From Octopus vulgaris (taxonomy: Eukaryota), in the NCBI GenBank assembly GCA_951406725.2, contig OX597814.1, positions 158,596,001-158,660,000 on the forward strand: 64,000 bases of DNA, written 5' to 3'. The first letter of the stretch is position 1. Every line of letters starts with the position of its first letter. Position numbers and translations under genes: made by a program. Shown in pieces: positions 26,986-39,462 of this stretch. The notes under the pieces were generated by a model that saw nothing but the letters and a program-made list of their open reading frames with translations, ran no database searches and was not told the DNA's origin.

Positions 26986-27334
26986 ACGTGTGTGTGTGTG
27001 TGTGGTGTGTGGTGTGAGTGAGTGTGTGGTGTGTGGTGTGAGTGAGTGTGTGTGTATGTACATGTGTGTGTTTGTATGTGTGTGGACATGTGTGTGTGTT
27101 TGTATGTGTACGTGTGTGCATATTTATGTGTGTGTGTGTGAATAATATAGTGAGGGTGCATGCCCTAGTAGTTAAGCTGTTGCACTCATAATTGTTAGAT
27201 CAAGGGTTCAATTCCCAGTCAGGGCAAAACACTTCATTTCATGTTGTTCCAATCCCGCTTTGACCCGTTCACCTAACCACCAAGGTAGCATCATTTAAAG
27301 GTTAAAACAATGCAAAATGCATTGTGACCAGCGA

Positions 27335-27566
27335 TGTTTAACAGCATTTGATAGTCTGGTTGGTTTCATGATCATGTGATATATATATATGATCATCCTT
27401 TTTTTTCTCTCCTTGTTTCTCTCCATGTTTTTTCTGTGTCCCTTTCTGTAGAAGAGCGTAGGCTCGAAATATAAAAGACTTTTTCTATTCCTGAGTGTTA
27501 TACTAACACATCTGTTTGTTTTTGTACACCACCTGTCTTTGTCTTTTGTTTTTTTTCGTAAACTCT

Positions 27567-27570
<4 letters not shown>
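27335..27570 (+). mobile_element. Short (TA)n-flanked element with hammerhead-like fold, copy 1
   Basis: CTTT-CTGTAGA-A-GAGC(gtag)GCTC-GAAA-T-ATA-AAAG at 27442-27477; homologous to 44111-44300 and 56320-56522. Confidence 0.7.
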
Positions 27571-27605
<35 letters not shown>

Positions 27606-28148
27606 TAAGAATAAAATAGAGGACAAACAACAAACAGAAGTGTGTCTTTTGTGCTAGTTAACCATTATTTAATTAGTAATAAATGTGAGAGTAAGAGTGA
27701 AGTTGTTTATGATCATTTCTGTTTAACATGGTGAGGAAAATATATAATATATAGTTGCCTCCTTGCTAATGGTAGACATTGTCAGAACAAAGAAGTCAGA
27801 GGGAGAGAGATGAAAAGTGAAAGATCAATGGTTACATCGGAAAAGAGAAGATCAAAGATTCGAGTGTCTTACATTATATTGGAGTTCGCAGTTCGTTAAG
27901 TCCGTTATGAAGTGAATGAAGAATCTAAGTTAGTAGGACCTGTGGTCACATATTTATTCAGTGGCATGTCTTGCACGTGCCTGATATATATATATATCTG
28001 CATGTGTGTGTGTGTGTGTGTTATATAATCGTTGGTTATGGCCAGTCAAGAAGTTACCATTGGTTTCTCATCTATTATTGCCCTTAGCAATAAAGGCATC
28101 CCTGTTAATATGTCTGAGGTATATAAATTCTTCATGATATGTGTATAC

Positions 28149-28223
<75 letters not shown>

Positions 28224-29095
28224 TGTAAAACAATAATCTGCATATTCATTTTTAATATGTTCTGGCAGAGTCATACACATTTATGCTACTTGCTGCTGTG
28301 TTATCACAGAAGAACAAAACATCTTTTTATGATGACTATGTGTTCATAACACACTTGGCTCATTAGCACAAGGAATTCTGTGACACCGAGTGTTTCGACA
28401 TGTCAAATTTCATCAACCAGAACCTAGACATTTAAGTATAAATGAGTACTGGCTTTTTTTTTTTTTTACTAATTTCTGCTAACTTGATCTGCAAACATTT
28501 TATTCTTGTTGCAATTTTCATAAGGTGAAGATGCCTTGCAGAGACAGCCACCATGTGGTCACTTCCTCTATAAGAAGCAATAGCCCAGTCATCCCGGACT
28601 TACATCCTACGCTATCACCATAAAGTGGGTAATGTAGTCATAGATAACATTGTCTGAAAATCAAACAAATGGGTTGGTCACAGCAAGAATGTCTTTTATT
28701 ATGTGTTTGCTCAATCAGGGCAGACTTAGAGTTATGCAACAATAAGTTTATCATATATCTAGTTATAAATTTCTAAACCAGCCTCCCCACTCCCTATAAA
28801 ATGTAAAATAACTATAAATATCCTTCAGAACAAACCTGTCACAACTCCTATCATAGATTATATTCTCAGTAGTTTACCTATAAAATCACTGTTTCCTACT
28901 CTACCACTTTTTAGTATTTTGAGTTACAAAGTAACCTTACTAGAGCTGATGCCATGGTAAAAAAGATACAGTACACCCTGTTAAATGGTTGGCATTAGGA
29001 AAGGTATATAGTGGTAGAGTCATGCTGGAGCAAGATATGGTTCTGCTGTCTGTCTGGCCATTCTACCCATACCAGCATGGAAATTAGAGATAAAA

Positions 29096-29148
<53 letters not shown>

Positions 29149-31676
29149 GGTGGTGGTGGTGGTGGTGACGGCAGTGGTGGCAGTGGTGGTGGTGGTTGCA
29201 GCGGTGGCAGTGGTGGCGGCAGCGGCAGTGGTGGTGGTTGTTGTGGTGGTGATGATGATGATGATGATGATGGTGAGGATGGTGATGATGGTGAGGAGGA
29301 GGAGGGGGAGACTCTTCTTTAAGGACTAAGCAAGTAGACTTCTACATGTAGATAAAATGTATCAATTTGTCAACTGAATAGAAATCAGATTTTTCTGAAG
29401 GCATGAGAACATTTTGTTTTTTAATTAATTTTCAGTTTCTTGTAATTATTTCCCCCTTTTCTTTGTCAGTTGCTAACAAATTTCAATTCATTGAAAATTT
29501 TTAGCTTATACCATTTATTTCATCAATACTTCCTTATTTATCTTACTGATATTGTCACAATGCAGTTATTTTCTTCAGCTCAAATTTTATTATGCAGTTG
29601 AGATATTATTTATTTTCAAAAATCTCTGAGATAATGTAGCATTATTTATCAAGAATATATCTAACCAATAAAGTCTGAGTCAAAGTTACAGATGTATGAC
29701 TGGCTGAGGAAGGACAAGAATTTTAAACTTAGTAATACTTTATGTTTCAATTTTATAATCTCCTGATATTGCTGTATTTTCTGTCCCTTCTCTGTTTCAT
29801 TCTTTCTTTCTCAGTCACTTTTTTAAAGAAACACACCTCTGTATTTATTAAATGTAACAATCACTTTTCAGCTCTGAAGGACCCCTCCTGCTTCATATAA
29901 TGTTATGGTGACTGACTCACTCCTGGTCTCCATGGACAACTTTGTGACTCCTCCCTCATTACCTCTACTTGTATAACAAAGACAACATTTATATCAAGCT
30001 ACATCTAATCACTACCATGACCATCCCCCATATGATAGCGAATACCAATCCTTCTCACATAAACGATGAGAAATATGAATGAAATGCTGACTAAACAATC
30101 CTCATTGCAGGCTATCCACTCCAGAGGGCAATAATACCAAATAAGAATGTTTATAGGTTCATGAAAACTCTTTGGTTCTTTCACAAGAAACAACCCTTCT
30201 AGTGCTGATGCCACAACAAAACATACCCATTCCACTATATGTCATGAAACAACCAAATTCACTAGGGTTCTCTGCTTCTATGTGTACCAAATTACACAAA
30301 TGATGATGACTGATGAGAACCAGTAAGCTTATCCCAGCATAACAAAGAAAACATAAAATGGGAATAGTATGCAAATTATTGTAGGTATAAGCACAGGCTC
30401 CCCAACCACATGGTTTTAGGTTCAGCTCCACTGCACAGCAACTTGAGCAAGTATCTTAGCCTCAAGCCAACCAAATTCTTGTTAGAGAATTTGGTTGCAA
30501 AAAACTGAAAGAAACCCATATATATGTATCTATGTATGCAAGTGTGTGTGTGTGTGTGTATGTATGTGTGTCTGTGTCTATGTGTGTCCTTCTCTTGACA
30601 TTATGTGATAATTGTTAACGAGCATCATTGTCATGCAAGCAGTCTTTTGCTTCAATCATTTGTCAAGATATGCTTAGCCATGGGGAAATATAACTTTACT
30701 TGGAAACAAGTGAGGGTTGGCAACAGGACAGATAGTTGGCTGTAGAAAATCTGCCTCAATGAATTCCATCTGACCTATGCAAGCATGGGAAAGTGGACAT
30801 TAAAATGATACTAATGATAATGATAATGATGACAATAATGAGCTAATGATGATGATAGTGACAGCAATGAAAACGATGATGATGATGATGCCAATGATGT
30901 GGTGATATGATGGTGATGATGAGGATGATGGTGATGATGTAGATGGAAATGATGATGGTGATAAAATTTTGATAACCTTTTTTCAGTATCTAAAAACTTC
31001 TGTCTATTCATCAAGCATGTTCATGCTAACAATGCTTCATTTTTGAGTTTCAGTAAGGCAAAATCATACCTGTTGCTGTCACCATACCCACTGACACAAT
31101 TGTATGACAAAATTTTCTCTTACATATGAGAATGTATGAGAATTAATTTCTTGCAAATTAACATATAATTTCTCGAGATTATCTCCCTTTTGTTCTTTGT
31201 AAGTCGTGAATAATTACTGCTAGTTTAGTTTCTGTTTTCTTCCTCTTCTTCCAACTACAAGGTAAATTTCAATCCAGTTCATTATGACTACTTTACATAT
31301 GTTATTCAATATATCAACATCTACATGATTTATAAACTAAATAGGAACCCACTGCAAGATCGCTGCAACTAGAGGATACATGAAAAATACAGTGAGTCAA
31401 TCAACAGTGGTAATCAACACTTCAAACTTCATAAGTGTTTTCATACAACAGGTAGGGTGTTATAACACATGGCTGAATATCACAGACTACTGTATTATTA
31501 GATCACATAAGGTAGTTGGTAGGTTTTGTTATTTAAGTAGCTAATTAGATGTAAGTGACAGAACCAAGAATGGAGCAGAGTTTAGTGTTTCACTTCCTTA
31601 GAATGTTATAGATTTTCTGTCTGTTAGAGAGTGTGTAAGTATGTAGAGACAGAGAAAATGAGGTAGATAGATAGAC

Positions 31677-31722
<46 letters not shown>

Positions 31723-32255
31723 GATGGGAGGAAAAATAAAAGGGTAGTGAAGGAGAAAGAGACTAAGAGACTAAGGAGTATAGGCTTTAGTGTGCAGGTA
31801 TTAAAGAGACATACAGTTGAATGCTCACTTCTGAAATTTAATGATGCCAAAAACTGTAAAGACTATAAATATGAATACCATAAAAAGTTAAAAGTATGTT
31901 TATCATCATCCTAATCGTCATCATTGTCATCATCATCATCATCACCATCACCACCATCACCATCATTGCCACCATTATCACCACCAACACCATCTTCATC
32001 ATCATCATTATTTAACATCCACTTTTCTATGCTTGTATGGTTCAGATATAATTTGTTGAGGCCAGATTTTCTACGACTGAATCTCTTTCCTTCCACCAAC
32101 CTTTGTCTGCTTCCACCCAAGGTGATATTTCCCTATGGCTAGTCATGTTTTTCATGGAAGACTGGAAATAAACAGCCTCATCTGCATGACAATTTTATTC
32201 ATTTACAATCATTACATCAAGACAAGAGTACACACATGCATACATGCATGCTCTT

Positions 32256-32320
<65 letters not shown>

Positions 32321-32600
32321 CATGCGTATCTTTTAGTTTTTGTGTACCAAATCCACTCACAAGGCTTTGATCAGACCAGGCTATAATGAAAGACGCTTGC
32401 CCAAAGTGCTGCACAGTGGGACTGAACCCATAACCCAAGCTTCTCAGTCCACACAGCTATAACTCATAAATGACTCCTAATGGTAGATTTGAAAAGGACT
32501 GACCGAAAATTCACCTTTAAGTTATCAGAATAGAATTCGGTTAACAAGTAATGCGATTTATGCCAAATACTACCATCAGAAAATTGTTGGTGCTGTTGCT

Positions 32601-32631
<31 letters not shown>

Positions 32632-33789
32632 TTGTTGTTGTTGATGATGATGAGGATGAAGATGATAATGATGATGATGATGATGATGACGACGACGACG
32701 ACGACGACGACAACGACGACGATGATGATGATGATGATGATGATAATAGCGAAGTGGTTTTATTGTAATCATTGTTGTAGTTGTTGCAGTTGTTGTTGCG
32801 TAGTCCTAAAACAGCCTTGATTAAACAAAGCCAACATTAACAGCATGACCATCCCATATTTTTGTATAGCAAGACAACATTGTCCAATATGTCTTAACAT
32901 TTCTGTTAAGATGGCAGGTCTAATTTGCAGTACATTCTGTAGCCATTTCTAACAGATTAAATAATGACAGTTCTCATTCTTGCTGTTAATGACGATGAAG
33001 CTTTTGTTATTATTACTGATGTACTTTTGTTTAGTTCTTATTAAACAGATTTATATTAAAAGGCAATCCCATCATGAACATCCCATCTCATTTTCTGTAT
33101 TGTGTATCCAAACTACATCATCTAATATGTCCTTTCTTAAGAGGGTGGGTATGATTTGAAAGATAACAGTTCAAGTTGTTATAGTCCAACCTAAAGTTAC
33201 TTGGATGACCAGGAAGAAGAATATTCCAAGAAGTATTACAAATTCTGAAAAATCAACTTCATTTTCTTAATTTTGGCCCTTATTCTCACACTGTTTACTT
33301 CTAATACAGTAATGGTAAATAAGGCAGTGAGTTGGTAGAATTGTTACTGAACTGCACAATGCTTAGTGACATTTCTTCTGACTTTACATTCTGAGTGCAA
33401 GTACTGCCAGGAGTAACTTCAGCTTTCATCCTTTTGGGGTCAATTGAAAGCAATATAGTAATGGTAAATAATGAGCTAATGTTGCAGAACAATTTACAAT
33501 ATAAATATTTAGATACATCACTATGTGGACATCTATTGATATGAAATAATTTTAAGAAAGCAAAACAAAACTGGAACAAATCGAAGTTTAGAAATATATC
33601 TAAAACTAGTTTTGTTTACTGAGTGAAATTTAAGGAATTTATTTTGGATAATAATAGTTGAAGATGAGATTTGTAAGAAAGAGAAAAATTAGTTTCAAAA
33701 ACTGAGGATATCGTTTTATTCTGGTTCTCTGCCTTATCTTGTTTATTAGAATCTTTCAGGCCACCACTGATAAGTTTCATATAGATTGA

Positions 33790-34660
33790 CCATGAAAATT
33801 CTTATATGCTACTGACCTACTTTTGACGGCTGATTAAGAGAAGAAATTCCAGACTTGAATCAAAATATAGACTCAAGATAAACTCAGCAAAGATTAAATC
33901 TTTGGTAAGTAGAAAAGAAAATAGGACCCTGCTACCACTAGGGAAATGTCAATGCTTCATATGCAGAAAAGAAGTTGATACAAACTTTATACATTACACC
34001 AAGTGTAAACTAAAGACCCACAAGAAATTTAGTTAGATCACAGGTAAACTAAAAGAAAAGAAAGACTTCATGTGTAGCAGTTGAACAGGATTAGTAAGCA
34101 CTAAGAACACACATAAAATAGATTTGCTCAAATGCACAAACTGCTCCCAAGAAGTAATGGATAGTTTTGTTACCTAGATGATCTCATTAGCAGTAGAGAT
34201 AGGTGCTTCAAAATAGGAGTAGAGATAGGTGCACCAAAGTAAGTACAAATTAGTAACAAGAGAATTCTCTTTTTGAGTGAATAACAAAATGTATGATACT
34301 TGTAAATAAACTGCATTGTACAGCAGTGAAATATGGGCTTTGAATGCAAAGAATTTGTGAAGACTAGGATGAAACAGTGAGCATGACCAGCTAGGTGTGT
34401 AATGTTAGTGTACATGAATGATGTAGTATAAATGAGCTGAGAGAAAAACTGGATATAAAAGGTGACCAGATGTAGCATGTGATGGCACAGGCATGCAATG
34501 CACATGGATCCCTTTACAAAAATGTGCAGCACATTTAAACTGAGTGAATCTGTGGAAGCAGGAGGTCTAGACATTGATGAAATGATGAAAACTGATCTAA
34601 AGATGTCAGATCATAAAGGAGATGACAAAGGATCACAGCAATTGGTGACACATAGCTCTA
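33790..34660 (+). pseudogene. Heavily decayed copy of the same RTE LINE
   Basis: Patchy nucleotide similarity to 56590-57060 (e.g. caagtgtaaactaaagacccacaaga vs cagtgtaagctatggacacataaga; gatagttttgttacctagatga). Confidence 0.5.
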
Positions 34661-34835
34661 AAGAAGATCCAATGTCCTCGCAAGCATTAAAATGATAGTA
34701 GCTATAGAGGTTGTAAAGTACTTATCTACAGTTTGCTTATTGTTCAATATATCCCTGTTAATCTCTCTCATCCTCTCATCACTTATTCTTTCCTATCAGT
34801 CTCTCTTCATTCTTTTTCTCTTTTCATAGATTTAT

Positions 34836-35040
34836 GTGCAGGTGGCATGTAAAAAGCACCCACTACACTCACAGAGTGGTTGGCGTTAGGAAGGGCATCC
34901 AGCTGTAGAAACATTGCCTGATAAGACCGGAGCCTGGTGCAGCCTTCTGGCTTCCCAGATCCCCGGTCGAACCGTCCAACCCATGCTAGCATGGAGAACG
35001 GACGTTAAACGATGATGATGATGATGATGATGATGATGAT
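34836..35040 (+). mobile_element. SINE family C with (GAT)n tail
   Basis: gagtggttggcgttaggaagggcatccagctgtagaaac...ccaacccatgctagcatgga..ggacgttaaacgatgatgat; copies at 18268-18622(-), 40270-40428, 47022-47412, 60590-60825. Confidence 0.85.
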
Positions 35041-36349
35041 ACTGCAGCACACAATCTCTTTCATTACTCCATTACTCTCTCCTCTACTTTCTCATTCCAA
35101 TCACTGTTTCTCCAGCATACTCCCATTCCTAATTCTCTCTTCTATTTATTGTCTTAGTGATGTTGCCTTTCTTGAAAAGGAGACACTACAGAGGATAGTA
35201 CAGAGGATTCTTTAATCTTGCAAAGAAAAAGGTAATGACAACTAGGCTATAGCATGATAAAATTCACCTAGTACTTTCTGTTAAGTAGTTAGTGAAAGAG
35301 TAGAAACAACACTATGTTGAGGAGAATTTTTGATTTATCTGAAAATAAGACAGGCTTTCTATTGCTGGGGCCTTGATAAAAGACATTGTGTACAGTGTAA
35401 AGTTGTAGACATGCTTTCAATAGCATAAGACTGTAGGAAACATGTCAAAATGGAATGGTCTGAGCAAAATATGTCCTTCTGAACCATTTAGGATAGCAGT
35501 AATTCCAAGTAAGAACTGCTTAAAATGTGACAGAAAAAATGATGATGATAATATATATTTCCCTTTTCCTCTGTAATCATAGAGGTGCGAGCATGGTTGT
35601 GTGCTTAACAAGTTTGTTTCACTACCATGTAGTTTTGGGTTCAATCCCACTGTGCGGTACTTTGAGCAAGTATCTTTTATGGTAGCCTTAGGACGACTAA
35701 TATCTTGAAAGTGAAATTTCATTGACAGAAACTGTGTGGACCCCCAATAAACATGTGTGTGTGTGTGTGCTTTGTGTACATATCTAGATCTGAGTTTATG
35801 TTTAAAGCTAGTGCTGCATCAAAAAGCATAACTTTGCCATTTCTTCTTAGAAGAATGTCTATGAAAGTAATATATGATTAATGTCTAATATAGAGACTCA
35901 ACCATTTTAATGAGTCTCAACCTAAAAGTTATGAACTGCTTTATAGACCATTAAATATAAGTGATACATAGAAAATTTCTTTGGCCAAATGCAGCTCATG
36001 AATATTAGTAGTAGAATCATTTCTAAAGAAATATCTAGAAATGAGAGCAGGAGTCAAAATAAATAGTAAAAAGTAAAGTAGTCAAAATATAAATATCAGA
36101 ATAGAATGTAAAAAACTCCAAAAGTGGTACAGTTTTCTTTGGCTCATGCTAAGCCTTAAATAGAAGTGAGCAGCTAATGTTAGTTAAAAAGAGACTGATC
36201 TATAGATTTGTTTGAAATGTCTAAATACATTCAAGTTTATCCATAATAGAGAACTGCTTCTCTTTACTATCTTAATTTTGTAGATGAAGTTGAAAATTTT
36301 AGTCCTTACTTTTTAAAAACACTGGTATATTAAATCAATTAGTACAAGA

Positions 36350-38066
36350 CTATTTCTTCTGGATAATATTCTCTGTTGTTGACATGGTCATTTCTTCTCC
36401 AGTGTAAGACTCTGCATTTGAAGATATTTTTACTTCTTGGTTGCTCATTCTTGACATAGTCTCCACTGTTTCACTTGCATTTGCCATTAGATGATGTTCA
36501 CTGCTATTTGAACTTGCTATGTTACTGTTCTGGAAAGAACTGGAAGAAGCTGTTTTTGTAATAGCTGACTGATCCGAAATTGAAGCTACATTTGAGTATT
36601 GTTTTTGCTCTTGTGATTGTGAGTTGTATTCTTTAGAAGCTGTGACTGTTTGAATTTCTTGTTTCATTGATTTGGTTTCTATTGCACCTGTCTGAAACTG
36701 CGCACCATGTGACATACTTGAATATGCTTGCCTTTCTTGCATCATTGATGAAGATTCCATAGTAGCTGTGTGAAATGGTTTTTCTCTATCAACTATGGGC
36801 TGAGCTTTTTCAGAAAACAAGCTACTTTCATTAGTAGCTGAATAAAGATTTTTTTCTTTCATCAATGACTTAGATTCCATTGTAGTGCTAAAAGATTCCT
36901 GCTTCTCTCTTGTTAATGTTCTCTCTTTCAAATCAAAGGAAGACTGCTTTCCTCTAATGGAAGAAAGTATATCTTTTGTTTCATCCACCTCAAAACTAGC
37001 TTCTCTTGATGCTGAAATCGAATTTGACATTTTTTTAGTAATAGATGCAGATAGGTCACTTGATGGTAGGGTCTCCTTGGTAACTGATTTGTAGGATTTA
37101 TTCAGCCCTTTCATTTCTGAAGTCATATAGTAGTCATCATCAATACTCAGTTCTCTCCTCATGTCAGTTTTAGAGGCAGTTGCTAATTTCCTACTGTCCT
37201 CTTTAATTCCTAACCCTTCATCAGATGATAAGCTAGAACTATATTTCATTCTTTCAGCTGTACCAGCCAGAGCAGATTTAGATGAAGCACCAATGTACTT
37301 TCGACTTTCTTGCACAGCAGCTCTACTCTCTTCTAATAGTGACTTATAGTCAGATGTTTGGGATTTTTGCATTGTAGAAGTATCTTTTGACATAGCCATA
37401 GCAGTTTTACTGCTTATCTGACTTCCAATAATATTTTCTCTTGGTTTAGCTGAATATGTTGGTAAGTCATCAGTGAAACTTTTATTTTGCCTTAAACTAT
37501 CAGTAGTTTTATTTTGCCTTAAACTGTCAGAAGTTTTGTTTTGTCTTAAACTATCAATAGTTCTTTGTTGCCTTGGCAAATCAATTTCCTTTTTATAGCT
37601 GAAATCTTCAGTACTTCTTTGTTTATAACTAGACATCTTTGTGTCTGAGTATGATTGATGCTGACTGTATTTAGATTTCCAATTCGAATTTAACTCCATA
37701 TCTGTTTCAGAAGTACTACTAAGAGAAGTCAAATTTCTAGAAAGAGATTTAGCATAATTTGCACTTGCATATTTATCATAAGTTCTCTCCTTTGGTTTTA
37801 CCTCATATGACTCACTAGTCCAGCCATATTTTTTATTTTCTTTAACCTCACTTTCTGTTGGTAGTTTGAATTTCCTCTCAGGTATATCATTCAAACCAGA
37901 GGCAATTGGACTCAGACGGGAAGAAGATCCCTTTTGCTCTTCATATTTTTTGGCATAGTCTCTTAATTTCAAACTCATAAATACATTTTCTTTTCGCATT
38001 TTTGTCATATCACTTGATAGTTGTAACCACTTGTGTTCTAAACAGTCATCAACTGTCATACGATTT
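36350..38066 (-). CDS. unc-89: Obscurin/UNC-89-like, terminal coding exon: kinase end plus long S/T/K/E-rich tail
   Basis: ttcAG acceptor, phase 2; NRMTVDDCLEHKWL closes the kinase (R.T...CL.H.W); uninterrupted 569-aa ORF to TAG. Confidence 0.88.
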
Positions 38067-39261
38067 CTGAAATTAAAAAAAAATGTAATTAATATAAAAT
38101 ATTTATTTTATATACATTTTCAATTTTCTGAAATATTTATCAATTATTCACAATTTAAACAGCTTTCTCCTTAAGAATAATAAATATATTTAATTAAATG
38201 CAGTCAGTCTCTGTTTAATGCATATTTCCGTCAATATCTAAATTAACCCTGATTAATTTAGTGGGTGGTATTAGATAATAATTTATTCCTAAATGACTTC
38301 AATTCTGTAGAGTCAAAAATACAAATGTGGAGTATTTGTCATTGTCCACAATATTCATGCATTTATCAATCCAAAATTGAAACAGTTCCTAAACTTGACA
38401 TTTTGTAAGCTTATCTCTACAGTGATTGCTATAAGATATTGAATAGACATTGCTTTCAGTAATACAGTAGTACTACTAATAATACTGCTAATGTGCTTGA
38501 TATACAACTGTATGGATATAGTCATTGCATCTTACATGACAACTAAGATTTTAGGGATAAGAAATAAAAAGTTAAAATATTTCTGATTTTCTTAAAGGTA
38601 TCAATAACTAAAACATTAGCTACATTTCTAATTAAGTATCAAAACCAATCAAAGGCTGATAAAAGTGATCTTCTTTTCTAGCCCAGCCAAAGAATAATGT
38701 TAGTTAACCTCTAATATTTTTGTTTATCACTACATCAATCCTACTGTGGTTATTTATGATGTTGGAAATATTGGAAATAAGCAAGCACACATTTTATGTT
38801 TTTATTACAGCCAGTAGAGTAGGTTTGTTGAGACATCACCTTCATTTTATAATGCTTGAAAATGTAAAAATACAAGAGAAAATAATGTGCCAATCAAGAA
38901 GAATGGATTGATAGAATTGCTAGAGCAAGGGATAGGATATCTTACAGTATCTGTTCTGGCTCTTTGCATTCTGAGCTCAAATACCACCTTGGTGCTAATG
39001 GCATGAGTTAATCACTCAACCATGAAAGCACCATGTCCAACCCAAAATTAGTGACTGTGGTCAGCTAAGTCTACAACCAACATGGAAAAACCAGCTGCAA
39101 ACACAGTGAATTGACAACAGCTGAATGGAATTAAAAAATATGGTAAAGCAAAGGCAATGCAGTCTTATAAAAGTAATTTTAAAAAACTCTAAAGAAGAAG
39201 GACACAACAATAAAACCTAAACATTTTTACATTTAACCAGTGATCTTATCTTCTCAGTCAT

Positions 39262-39298
<37 letters not shown>

Positions 39299-39431
39299 CC
39301 ATCATCATCAATTATTTATATCTCACGCTGGCATATAAATAAATGAACATATGTCTATTCATTTGTATGTATGTATGTATGTATTTATGTATGCATGCAT
39401 GTGTGTGTATGTGTGTATGTATGTATGTATG

Positions 39432-39462
<31 letters not shown>

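Noticed and set aside
28384-28420. Minus-strand TTGATGA...GTCGAAAC, possible decayed hammerhead
   Set aside because: Stems I and II do not close.
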